This document shows positions 7,325 to 15,699 of a stretch of 19,160 nt of DNA, in pieces (position 1 is the first letter of the stretch; the number at the start of each line of letters is the position of its first letter). A program made the translations under genes and the position numbers. Source of the stretch: a virus (lineage: Duplodnaviria > Heunggongvirae > Uroviricota > Caudoviricetes); IMG/VR virus record IMGVR_UViG_648276647_000017, positions 1 through 19,160 of that record. One strand, 5' to 3'. The notes beneath the pieces are model-generated. The model saw only the letters and a list, made by a program, of their open reading frames with translations. It had not been told where the DNA came from and did no database searches.

Positions 7325-8223
7325 GTTTAGAAACCAGTCTAGAACTTAATAATCAACTTCTGGCACAACATAATGCGCTGCTTGAACGTCTTATCCGCAC
7401 AATGGCATCAGGCATTGTTATGCATCCTGACACGATTTCACGAGTGCAGGAATGTCGGGATACAGCAACTGAAACTGAAAATATGTCAGCGGCAATGACA
7501 CTGGATGATCTGGAGTTCAGCGACGTTATCGCACTGGCTGGTTTCTACCCGGTAGCCACCCCTATCACAGAAGACATGCTGCAACGTGCTGTTGCCTACC
7601 GTGATGCTGAAGGCGATAAACGAGTAGTTCAGATTGATGCTCTCGACAGCGCATTGCAGGGCGTCAAACGAGCCAGGGCGCTGCTTAAACCTGCTCTCCT
7701 GGACCTGTCCCGTAACATCCTTAAGTTCTGGGACGACCTGCCAACCATCGGCGAGCGACGTGCTTTTGCCGAGCAGCTACTTGATGCACCTGCGGATGGG
7801 CGTGATGAAGTTAAGCCGAAAAAGGCCAGTAACAAGGATGGAGAACGCACGGGGCCGTTTTACGTCAAAAATGTATCCGGCACAGCAGCCAGTGAACTCC
7901 ACACCTTACGCAAGTTGAACGAGATGCTGAAAAAAGGCCATATCGAGATCAACCGTGTTGAGTACCTTCAGCTGCAGGAAGAATTTGCACGCAGAGACGC
8001 AGCAAATTCCAGCCAGAATAATGACGCCAAAGATGACCATACAATTGATTTCGCGGCACTACGCAAACAAGCTGAAGGGTTGATCCTCCAGTTAGCAAAA
8101 GGGGGTTACCGGGCAGAAGCTATTGCAATTCTGGAAAAACAGGGAGCCAGGAAACTTGGTGAAGTAACGGATGAAAATCTCGCTGAAGTAATCACCCTGG
8201 CTGAAAAAGCACTGGAGGGTTAA
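7321..8223 (+). CDS. Hypothetical phage protein (300 aa), first large gene of the plus-strand early operon
   Basis: Long ORF, translationally coupled to the neighbours on both sides (4-bp overlap upstream, 2-bp gap downstream); acidic and helical, no recognisable catalytic motif. Confidence 0.55.
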   Translation: MSLETSLELNNQLLAQHNALLERLIRTMASGIVMHPDTISRVQECRDTATETENMSAAMTLDDLEFSDVIALAGFYPVATPITEDMLQRAVAYRDAEGDKRVVQIDALDSALQGVKRARALLKPALLDLSRNILKFWDDLPTIGERRAFAEQLLDAPADGRDEVKPKKASNKDGERTGPFYVKNVSGTAASELHTLRKLNEMLKKGHIEINRVEYLQLQEEFARRDAANSSQNNDAKDDHTIDFAALRKQAEGLILQLAKGGYRAEAIAILEKQGARKLGEVTDENLAEVITLAEKALEG

Positions 8224-8225
8224 TC

Positions 8226-9527
8226 ATGCCAGACGTTCATGCACAACTTTCTCCATCATCAGCGCATCGATGGATGCGCTGCCCAGGAAGTCTGGCGCTG
8301 GAGGCCACACAACCGGATAAAGAAACAACTTTTGCAATCGAGGGCACTGCAGCGCACGCGCTTGCTGAAAAAGTTCTACGAAACAGGCAAAGCCACCCGG
8401 AACACTACGCCGGATGCAATGTTTCTATGTTTCTCGGCTCATACCCCCTTCGCGAAAATCCTGATGATACATCTGGCCCACAGGTGGATGATGAAATGGT
8501 CGAAGCCGTTGGCCGGTATGTTGATACGGTCTGGACTCTTGCACAGAATAATGAACTATTGGTTGAACAACGTGTTGATTTCTCACATATAACGGGTGTG
8601 GAAGAATCTTTCGGAACTGCCGACGGCATAATCATCGCTGGTAACGAATTACAAATCCACGACCTGAAATATGGCAAAGGCGTCCGCATTGATGCAGAAC
8701 AAAATGAGCAACTACAACTGTATGCTCTGGGTGCGCTTGAACAATTCAGCATGCTGTATGACTTTGAAACTGTAAGATTATTTATTCACCAACCAAGGCT
8801 CAACCACGTTTCAGAATGGTCGTTAACCGTACAGGAACTTCAGTCTTTCGGTGAACGGGCGCTGGAGGCCGCAACCAGTGCGATCCTTGTTCTCAATATT
8901 GCTGAATGCGAAGGCATTGAGACACTACCGCTGGAAAACTTCATACCTGGAGAAAAACAGTGCCGCTTCTGTAAAGCAAAAGCTATTTGCACTGCCCATA
9001 AAATGCAGCATTTACAAACAGCGGCCAGCGATTTTGAAGATCTGACAAAGCCTGTCAGCGAAATAATCACCAATGCCAGCGCACGTGTACCTCTGTTAAC
9101 CATTGAGCAGCTTGCGGAGATCTATAGTCAGGCCGACTTTATTGAATCCTGGCTAAAGGCAGTACGGGACCGGGTTCACAATGAACTCAATGCCGGACAT
9201 CCGGTACCGGGGTTTAAACTGGTAACAGGAAAACAAGGTAACCGGGCCTGGAGTGATGAAGAGGCAGCTCGCGCACTTCTGAAGGACCAGTTCAGGTACA
9301 AAACTGAAGAAGTATTCGACTTTAAACTTATTAGTCCCACAAAAGCCGAAAAACTTATCAAAAAGGCCAGTCCGCGCCGTTGGTCAAAAGTCGAGGCACT
9401 GATAACACGAGCTGATGGTAAACCAACCGTCGTTCCCGAGTCAGACCCACGCCCCGCACTCAATATCAACCCTGTAAATGATTTCGACGACGTATCCGAC
9501 GATACGCTAACCGCAGACCTCATCTGA
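8226..9527 (+). CDS. DUF2800-family PD-(D/E)XK nuclease (Cas4/RecB-like, with C-terminal Cys cluster)
   Basis: 433-aa ORF; N-terminal [15 protein letters not shown] signature, nuclease core around [20 protein letters not shown], Cys cluster [10 protein letters not shown]; typical partner of DUF2815 and phage PolA. Confidence 0.8.
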   Translation: MPDVHAQLSPSSAHRWMRCPGSLALEATQPDKETTFAIEGTAAHALAEKVLRNRQSHPEHYAGCNVSMFLGSYPLRENPDDTSGPQVDDEMVEAVGRYVDTVWTLAQNNELLVEQRVDFSHITGVEESFGTADGIIIAGNELQIHDLKYGKGVRIDAEQNEQLQLYALGALEQFSMLYDFETVRLFIHQPRLNHVSEWSLTVQELQSFGERALEAATSAILVLNIAECEGIETLPLENFIPGEKQCRFCKAKAICTAHKMQHLQTAASDFEDLTKPVSEIITNASARVPLLTIEQLAEIYSQADFIESWLKAVRDRVHNELNAGHPVPGFKLVTGKQGNRAWSDEEAARALLKDQFRYKTEEVFDFKLISPTKAEKLIKKASPRRWSKVEALITRADGKPTVVPESDPRPALNINPVNDFDDVSDDTLTADLI

Positions 9528-9542
9528 TTTAAGGAAATACCC

Positions 9543-10091
9543 ATGAAACTGAAGCTGAACAATGTTCGTCTGGCCTTCCCGTCTCTGTTTGAAGCTAAAA
9601 CTGTAAACGGCGAAGGCGATCCACGTTTCTCCGCAGTATTTTTAATGTCACCCAAACACCCACAACTGGAAGAAATCCGTAAAGCTATGAAGCAGGTAGC
9701 GAAGGAAAAATGGGGAGAGAAGTGGGAGCCCATTTATAACCAGCTGGAGAAAAAACTCAATCTGTGCCTGCATGATGGTGATGAAAAAGCAGAGTATGAA
9801 GGCTTCCCCGGTAATTTCTTCCTGAATGCTGCTAACAAAGCGCGCCCAGCTGTTCTTGATCGCGATCGTTCGCCACTTATTCAGGCTGACGGACGTCCCT
9901 ATGCAGGGTGCTATGTAAACGCCGTTATCGATATCTGGGCACAGGACAATAATTTCGGTAAACGCATTAATGCCTCACTCGGCGGAGTCCAGTTCCTGCG
10001 AGACGGCGATGCATTCGCTGGCGGCGGAGTGGCAAGCGCTGACGATTTCGACGATATCAGCGAAGGTGCTGATGCTGAAGCACTAATTTAA
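9543..10091 (+). CDS. DUF2815-family protein (phage single-strand DNA-binding-like)
   Basis: 182-aa ORF; MKLKLNNVRLAFPSLFEAK start and acidic C-terminal tail (DDFDDISEGADAEALI) characteristic of this SSB-like family; immediately follows the DUF2800-like nuclease. Confidence 0.75.
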   Translation: MKLKLNNVRLAFPSLFEAKTVNGEGDPRFSAVFLMSPKHPQLEEIRKAMKQVAKEKWGEKWEPIYNQLEKKLNLCLHDGDEKAEYEGFPGNFFLNAANKARPAVLDRDRSPLIQADGRPYAGCYVNAVIDIWAQDNNFGKRINASLGGVQFLRDGDAFAGGGVASADDFDDISEGADAEALI

Positions 10092-10142
10092 AAATATTCA
10101 TCCCCCAGCTACGTGCTGGGGTATCTCATGAGGGAAAGTATA

Positions 10143-10784
10143 ATGTCACAGCCCGTATTAACTAATCACCTTAAAACTCAAATCATCAATAACGCACTTG
10201 AGAAAGCGGGTATTCCCAAACGTAAATCAGCACTACGAGCTGCTCGTGTTGAATGGGCCGAACGTGTTCGGCTTGCAGCTATCGGGGGCGTAGAGAAAGA
10301 AGCTGAAATATTAAAAAATATAAAAAAGATTGAATCCATGGTCACAAAAGTCCCTGATTCATTAAAAACCAATAGTTCTTTAATTCGAAAAGATTGCTGC
10401 ATATATCTCAATCTGGCTGGAGCCAGAGCAAACATTTATTTCAATGGCAACTACAGAGGTTATGAATCAGGAGCCCCCGAGCATATTAATAAAATAGCAC
10501 CTGCAGAATTTACTCTACTTGGCGAAGATCCTCTGGTAACGGAGTTTTATAGCTTTGATGCTCTCTACACACAAATTAAAAGTGATGAAACCGAAATCAT
10601 ACAGAACGTCAGCGCGGCTCTAAATAAAGTTCGGACAGTAAAACGATTACTGGATGTATGGCCCGAAGCTAAAGAGCTGCTTCCAACAGACGCACCGCCA
10701 GTCCCTTTAGCACCAGCAGTACATCGAGAGACATTAAATGAAATGATAGGCCTTCCTACCAATACAGTGTCTGATACTCAATAA
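10143..10784 (+). CDS. Hypothetical protein (213 aa), AT-rich accessory gene
   Basis: ATG at 10143 (MSQPVLTNHL...) preceded by GAGGGA about 7 nt upstream; the track start at 10113 is a GTG lying inside a hairpin. Markedly AT-richer than the flanking replication genes; no family recognised. Confidence 0.5.
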   Translation: MSQPVLTNHLKTQIINNALEKAGIPKRKSALRAARVEWAERVRLAAIGGVEKEAEILKNIKKIESMVTKVPDSLKTNSSLIRKDCCIYLNLAGARANIYFNGNYRGYESGAPEHINKIAPAEFTLLGEDPLVTEFYSFDALYTQIKSDETEIIQNVSAALNKVRTVKRLLDVWPEAKELLPTDAPPVPLAPAVHRETLNEMIGLPTNTVSDTQ

Positions 10785-11467
10785 CAAGGGGGATGCTTAT
10801 TATATGATTTTGAACGTTTTACAATCTCGTTAAGAGGCGTGAAATCAAAATCTCTGAATAACACATCAGGATACTTCGCTCTTGCTTTATCCAGCAAACC
10901 AGTTAAAGTATTTTTTGTGTTACCCAACATTGTATTAACCGCCACTACATGTCTAATTTCTGGAGGTTTATCTATACCACCAGAAATTGCTTCATTAAGA
11001 ACCGACGCCAGTGGGGTTTGTCCCTTACTTGTTGAATCCCACAGCGTCATTAACAGACGAGCTGCGTCTATAAATAGCTTTTTGTCAGCATTTGGCTTGA
11101 CAGTAATACCGGAACTACCTGAGCCAGAACCGGAACGTTCTATTGCTGCACTGGCATCCGATTTCATAGGATTAAATAACGGAAGCTCTGTACAACCGAT
11201 ACGCCGAATGAAATCCTTTGCAACATCTCTACCACAGAAAAAAGCCCCTGTACAATTTTCATCAGAGCGTTTTTTAAATGAAAAACAATAGTACTGATCG
11301 GTTAACGGATAACCGGAATAACTGGTTTTAGTTTGTCCAGTAATAAGTTTCAGGTGTGCAACAGGCTGAATAATAAAATCCCGAACTATCGCATCTTTTA
11401 TGTCGTTACCACGGTGACAATAATATTCAGGTAATCCATTAGGCTGTCTCTTATTACCCACAGTCAT
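10778..11467 (-). CDS. Hypothetical protein (229 aa), AT-rich accessory gene antisense to the replication operon
   Basis: Minus-strand ORF whose 3' end overlaps the previous gene by 7 bp (convergent); Cys/aromatic-rich N-terminal domain (YYCHRGN...QYYCFSF...NCTGAFFCGRD), a GSGSGSSG linker and a distinct C-terminal domain; no family recognised. Confidence 0.55.
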   Translation of the reverse strand: MTVGNKRQPNGLPEYYCHRGNDIKDAIVRDFIIQPVAHLKLITGQTKTSYSGYPLTDQYYCFSFKKRSDENCTGAFFCGRDVAKDFIRRIGCTELPLFNPMKSDASAAIERSGSGSGSSGITVKPNADKKLFIDAARLLMTLWDSTSKGQTPLASVLNEAISGGIDKPPEIRHVVAVNTMLGNTKNTLTGLLDKARAKYPDVLFRDFDFTPLNEIVKRSKSYNKHPPCY

Positions 11468-11528
11468 TAGTTGTCTCCTTTAATTCATGATATCTAGCAT
11501 TTAACCATATACCATATGAGGATATTTT

Positions 11529-13592
11529 ATGTCCAATATACTATGGGGCGACCTGGAAACCTATTGTGACATTCCGATCAACAACGGTACCCATGCGTAT
11601 GCCGAAGGCGTTGAAGTGATGCTTTTCGCATGGGCTATCAACGACGGGCCAGTAAACGTGTGGGATATCACTGCCGGTGGTGGTATTCCACACGGCTTAT
11701 ACGAAGCAATCGCAGATCCTGAAACCCTGCTTTATTTCCATAACTCTCACTTCGACCGCACCGTTCTGCGTTATGCAATGCCGCGACTGGCACCGCCAGT
11801 CGAACGTTGGCGCGACACGATGGTGCAGGCGCTGGCGCACGGTCTCCCGGGGTCTCTGGGAGAACTCTGCGAAATACTAGGCGTCCCGCAAGACAAAGCG
11901 AAGGACAAAGAAGGTAAAGCGCTGATCCAGCTGTTCTGTAAGCCACGCCCGAAAAACAGCAAACTGCGTCGGGCCACCAGCAAAACCCACCCAGAAGAAT
12001 GGCGGCGCTTTGTTGCTTACGCCGGACTGGATATCGAGGCAATGCGCGAAGTCTGTAAACGTCTGCCGAAGTGGAATTATCAAGGGACAGAGCTGGCGCT
12101 CTGGCATCGTGATCAGCAGATCAACGACCGGGGCGTCTGCATGGACATGCAACTCGCGCGCGCTGCGATCGAAGCGGTAGACCAGGAGCAAAAGCGCCTG
12201 GCAAAGCGTACACAGGAAATGACTGATGGCGAAGTGCAGGCAGCCACACAACGAGACGCGTTGATTAAGCACATTGTTGAATCCTACGGTGTGGAGCTAC
12301 CAGACATGCAACGCAGTACTCTGGAACGTCGTATTGCCGACCCCGATTTACCATCTGCCGTGAAAGAACTGCTGGCTATCCGACTGCAGGCCAGTACTAC
12401 CAGCACCAGTAAATACAAGGCACTGATGAAAGGCGTAAGCCACGACGGGCGCTTACGCGGTACGCTACAGTTCTGCGGGGCGTCACGTACCGGTCGTTGG
12501 GCCGGACGGCTATTCCAGCCCCAGAATCTTCCCCGCCCTTCACTAAAACAGGAACAAATAGACGAAGGCATCGAAGCACTGAAAGCCGGATGTGCAGACC
12601 TGCTGTTTGACAATATCATGGAACTAACCAGTTCAGCGTTACGTGGCTGCATTATCGCGCCAACAGGCAAAAAAATGGTGGTAAGTGACTTGTCGAACAT
12701 TGAAGGCCGTATGCTGGCATGGCTGGCAGGAGAAGAATGGAAACTGAATGCATTCAGAGAGTACGACGCCGGAACGGGTCCGGACTTATATAAACTGGCG
12801 TATGCAAAAGCTTTCGATATTGCACCAGATGATGTTGATAAACACATGCGTCAGATCGGTAAAGTCATGGAACTCGGTCTGGGTTATGGTGGTGGTGTGT
12901 CGGCCTTCATCACTTTTGCACTGGTTTACGGTCTCGATCTCGACGAGCTGGCAAACGCTGCACTGCCAAACATTCCCCGCGATGTTATCCGCGAGGCGAA
13001 AAGCTGGTACGGCGAATCGGTTAAACGTAAGTCAACCTACGGCCTTTCTGAACGGGTATTTATCGCCTGCGACTCACTTAAACGTCTCTGGCGCCGGGCG
13101 CATCCCGCGACCTGTGATTTCTGGTACGAACTGGAGCGCACCGTCCGCACTGCAATCGCCACACCGCAAAAAACATTGTATTGCGGTTATCTTAAAATCC
13201 GCCGCGATGGCGCGTGGCTGCGCATACAGCTACCATCCGGACGCGCTGTATGCTACCCGTCTCCGGTTATCGAAAAAGGGAATATCACCTACATGGGTGT
13301 TAACTCTTATTCGCGTAAATGGCAACGACTCAAAACCTACGGCGGAAAGCTGGTGGAGAACGTCACCCAGGCGGCCGCCCGCGACGTTCTGGCCGGAAAC
13401 ATGCCGCTTATCGAAGATGCCGGTTACAGCATTGTGCTGACGGTACACGACGAGGTGATCACCGAATCACCTGACACAGAAGATTTCAACGATAAAGCGC
13501 TTTCCGCGCTTCTCTCCACTAACCCCGAATGGGCGCCCGATATCCCACTGAACGCTGGCGGTTTTGAGGCGTACCACTACCGTAAGGATTAA
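11529..13592 (+). CDS. Family A DNA polymerase (phage PolA with N-terminal 3'-5' exonuclease domain)
   Basis: 687-aa ORF; Exo I motif (WGDLETYCD), polymerase motif A ([19 protein letters not shown]), motif B ([16 protein letters not shown]), motif C (VLTVHDEV); GAGGA Shine-Dalgarno upstream. Confidence 0.9.
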   Translation: MSNILWGDLETYCDIPINNGTHAYAEGVEVMLFAWAINDGPVNVWDITAGGGIPHGLYEAIADPETLLYFHNSHFDRTVLRYAMPRLAPPVERWRDTMVQALAHGLPGSLGELCEILGVPQDKAKDKEGKALIQLFCKPRPKNSKLRRATSKTHPEEWRRFVAYAGLDIEAMREVCKRLPKWNYQGTELALWHRDQQINDRGVCMDMQLARAAIEAVDQEQKRLAKRTQEMTDGEVQAATQRDALIKHIVESYGVELPDMQRSTLERRIADPDLPSAVKELLAIRLQASTTSTSKYKALMKGVSHDGRLRGTLQFCGASRTGRWAGRLFQPQNLPRPSLKQEQIDEGIEALKAGCADLLFDNIMELTSSALRGCIIAPTGKKMVVSDLSNIEGRMLAWLAGEEWKLNAFREYDAGTGPDLYKLAYAKAFDIAPDDVDKHMRQIGKVMELGLGYGGGVSAFITFALVYGLDLDELANAALPNIPRDVIREAKSWYGESVKRKSTYGLSERVFIACDSLKRLWRRAHPATCDFWYELERTVRTAIATPQKTLYCGYLKIRRDGAWLRIQLPSGRAVCYPSPVIEKGNITYMGVNSYSRKWQRLKTYGGKLVENVTQAAARDVLAGNMPLIEDAGYSIVLTVHDEVITESPDTEDFNDKALSALLSTNPEWAPDIPLNAGGFEAYHYRKD

Positions 13593-13597
13593 CTCCT

Positions 13598-13813
13598 ATG
13601 TCATTTAAATACCGGGATAATCCACTTTATTACAGGGCTGCAAGGGAGGCTTTGCGACTTGAACAATCCGGCGAATATGACCGGGCAGCGAAGGTCTGGG
13701 CAAAAGCCAACCGCGAATCACATCACGAACTGAATCAGGAATGGAGTGAACGCCGGTCTGAATTTTGTCTGATGCAGAACATGCGCGAAAAGCGTAAGGC
13801 GGTCGAAGAATGA
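13598..13813 (+). CDS. Small regulator-like protein, possibly PerC/Pch family
   Basis: 71-aa ORF translationally coupled to PolA; AAREALRLEQSGEYDRAAKVW resembles the LE..GL.RRAA..W core that I recall for PerC-family activators. Family assignment is tentative. Confidence 0.45.
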   Translation: MSFKYRDNPLYYRAAREALRLEQSGEYDRAAKVWAKANRESHHELNQEWSERRSEFCLMQNMREKRKAVEE

Positions 13814-14070
13814 TGCGTAATACAGCGAAACTACAACTGGGGTTCTCCCCGCTATCCAAAAAGATCATGTTGGCAAAAATGCGCGATGTTGACGGCGGTC
13901 GCTTGCGAGTTGGCAATGACCCTGGGCGTGACGTAACGAACGAAGCCGCGCAGTTAGTTTGGCAACTGGTAATGGCAGAAGGCGGCGAAATTAGCTGGGG
14001 TCTTGATGATGGTAGCCAGATGGTACTGAGGGCTGAAAAGCAGGTGTGGAATGATGGCCTACGAACGTGA
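13810..14070 (+). CDS. Hypothetical small protein (86 aa)
   Basis: ORF with ATGA start/stop overlap to the upstream gene and a 20-bp overlap with the downstream VRR-NUC gene; no family recognised. Confidence 0.4.
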   Translation: MMRNTAKLQLGFSPLSKKIMLAKMRDVDGGRLRVGNDPGRDVTNEAAQLVWQLVMAEGGEISWGLDDGSQMVLRAEKQVWNDGLRT

Positions 14071-14347
14071 AAGCCTTATCGAAAAGCACCTCGTCGCCGA
14101 AGTGAAAAAGGCTGGCGGGGTCGCCTTTAAGTTCGTGTCACCCGGTCGCCGCTCGGTACCGGATCGCATTGTCCTGCTACCCGGCGGTCGCATCGTCTTT
14201 GTCGAATGCAAAGCGCCAGGCAAACCACCACGGCCTGACCAGTTACGCGAGCACGAACGGCTGCGTGCGCTGGGCTTTACCGTGGTGGTATTAGATAGCA
14301 AAAATCTGGAGGGGATATTGTGCGGGGAGCCTATTACAACGAAATAG
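14051..14347 (+). CDS. VRR-NUC domain nuclease (PD-(D/E)XK fold)
   Basis: 98-aa ORF; core PDRIVLLPGGRIVFVECKAPG supplies the D...E.K catalytic pattern typical of VRR-NUC proteins; AGGTG Shine-Dalgarno upstream. Confidence 0.8.
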   Translation: MMAYERESLIEKHLVAEVKKAGGVAFKFVSPGRRSVPDRIVLLPGGRIVFVECKAPGKPPRPDQLREHERLRALGFTVVVLDSKNLEGILCGEPITTK

Positions 14348-15348
14348 ACCCTAACGCAGCACAATGGCTGCGTAACCTTATTGCTGCAGGTCATATCGCC
14401 CCGGGTGAAGTTGATGAAAGGAGTATCGAAGATGTCGCACCAGACGACTTGCGCGGATTCACACAGTGCCATTTCTTCGCCGGGATCGGCGTCTGGTCTT
14501 ATGCTCTGCGTCTGGCCGGATGGCCGGATAACAAACCGGTCTGGACAGGAAGTTGCCCGTGCCAGCCTTTCAGCTCGGCTGGTAAAGGCGCTGGGTTTGA
14601 TGACGAGCGGCACCTATGGCCAGCACTATTCCACCTCATCAGCGAGCGACGCCCTAAGCTGGTATTTGGCGAACAGGTTGCGGGAGTCAATGCCTGGTTC
14701 GATCTTGTACAAACTGACGTGGAAGCAGTGGACTACGCCTTTGGGCTTGTCCCGTTTCCGGCTGCGGGCGTCGGTGCCCCGCATATCCGAGATAGAGCGT
14801 ATTGGGTGGCCGACGCCAGCGGCGAGCGATCACAGCGGTGGCGAAAGCGCCTCAATAGCATTGAGGAAGATGTCTGGAGATCGTCGACCGTCCGGCAACA
14901 CGCTACACAGCTCCCTGCGGAATTTTGCTCACCTGGCGGGGTGGTACACCCCAACCTGCAACACAAACCCACAGCCGGAGACAAAACGCGGTCTAGAAAC
15001 CTTAGCGGGACTATCCAGATTAGCGGGATGGCCGACAGTGACGACGATCGACAACAACCAAGTTCGTGCCGAGGGCGCAGCGGCCAATCATACCGAACGG
15101 GGAACGACCCTCGGCGGCGCTGCGAGAATCTGCGGCCCAATACGATTAACGGCTTCTGGGATGGTGCTGACTGGCTCCTCTGCCGGGATGGTCGCTGGCG
15201 GCCAGTTGAATCCGGCACATGCCCGTTGGCTAATGGGATTACCTCCAGAGTGGGACGACTGCGCGCCTACGGCAACGCGATAGTCGCACCAGCTGCCGCA
15301 ACATTCATCCGCTCGTTTATGGAATGCGCAGGATACGACCTTATTTAA
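14320..15348 (+). CDS. DNA cytosine-5 methyltransferase (Dcm-like), apparently split across two reading frames
   Basis: GTG start at 14320 with a strong GGAGGGG Shine-Dalgarno. Frame 1 carries C5-MTase motifs ([27 protein letters not shown]) and a C-terminal motif-X-like [12 protein letters not shown]. The overlapping frame-2 ORF (14381-15283) carries GWPTP-type repeats and [17 protein letters not shown]. Confidence 0.65.
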   Translation: MRGAYYNEIDPNAAQWLRNLIAAGHIAPGEVDERSIEDVAPDDLRGFTQCHFFAGIGVWSYALRLAGWPDNKPVWTGSCPCQPFSSAGKGAGFDDERHLWPALFHLISERRPKLVFGEQVAGVNAWFDLVQTDVEAVDYAFGLVPFPAAGVGAPHIRDRAYWVADASGERSQRWRKRLNSIEEDVWRSSTVRQHATQLPAEFCSPGGVVHPNLQHKPTAGDKTRSRNLSGTIQISGMADSDDDRQQPSSCRGRSGQSYRTGNDPRRRCENLRPNTINGFWDGADWLLCRDGRWRPVESGTCPLANGITSRVGRLRAYGNAIVAPAAATFIRSFMECAGYDLI

Positions 15349-15665
15349 TGCCACTCACATCTGGCATGATACCGTCCAGAAGGTAATTGCTTATATACAA
15401 CGGAGCCGCCCATGGCATAAGTATAAGCATGAAGTTTTGTCCAGAAGTCCCCATAAACTAGTATTGGGGCTAAAAATTTTGGATCGCTAACCATAGATGT
15501 AGCAGGAAGCTCGAAACCTTTAGAAAGAATGTTTACCAGTGAAGGGTAATTTTCAAAATCAGTGCTATTCCCGCCCACCTCTAAAGCATCCAGTTCAAAG
15601 TCGAGCACTCCACCATTTTTGTAATACTCCGAAACAGTTAACCCTGATGTTAACAAAGTAGCCAT
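15345..15665 (-). CDS. Hypothetical protein (106 aa), AT-rich antisense gene between the methyltransferase and the helicase
   Basis: ATG at 15665 with a strong AGGAGG Shine-Dalgarno 8 nt upstream; AT-rich body; 3' end overlaps the methyltransferase stop by 4 bp (convergent); start codon 34 bp from the divergent SNF2 helicase start. Confidence 0.55.
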   Translation of the reverse strand: MATLLTSGLTVSEYYKNGGVLDFELDALEVGGNSTDFENYPSLVNILSKGFELPATSMVSDPKFLAPILVYGDFWTKLHAYTYAMGGSVVYKQLPSGRYHARCEWH

Positions 15666-15699
15666 TAAACAATCCTCCTGAATTTTAAAGGGTTACATT

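Noticed and set aside
11668-12847. Minus-strand ORFs inside the PolA gene (11668-12042, 11877-12272, 12284-12847)
   Set aside because: They lie antisense within a polymerase gene that has all catalytic motifs in order; their translations are low-complexity and lack start signals.
14381-15283. The frame-2 ORF treated as an independent 300-aa gene
   Set aside because: Its first 140 residues are Ser-rich wrong-frame-like sequence with no start context, and only its distal part carries methyltransferase-like motifs; it is more likely a continuation of the methyltransferase after a frame change.
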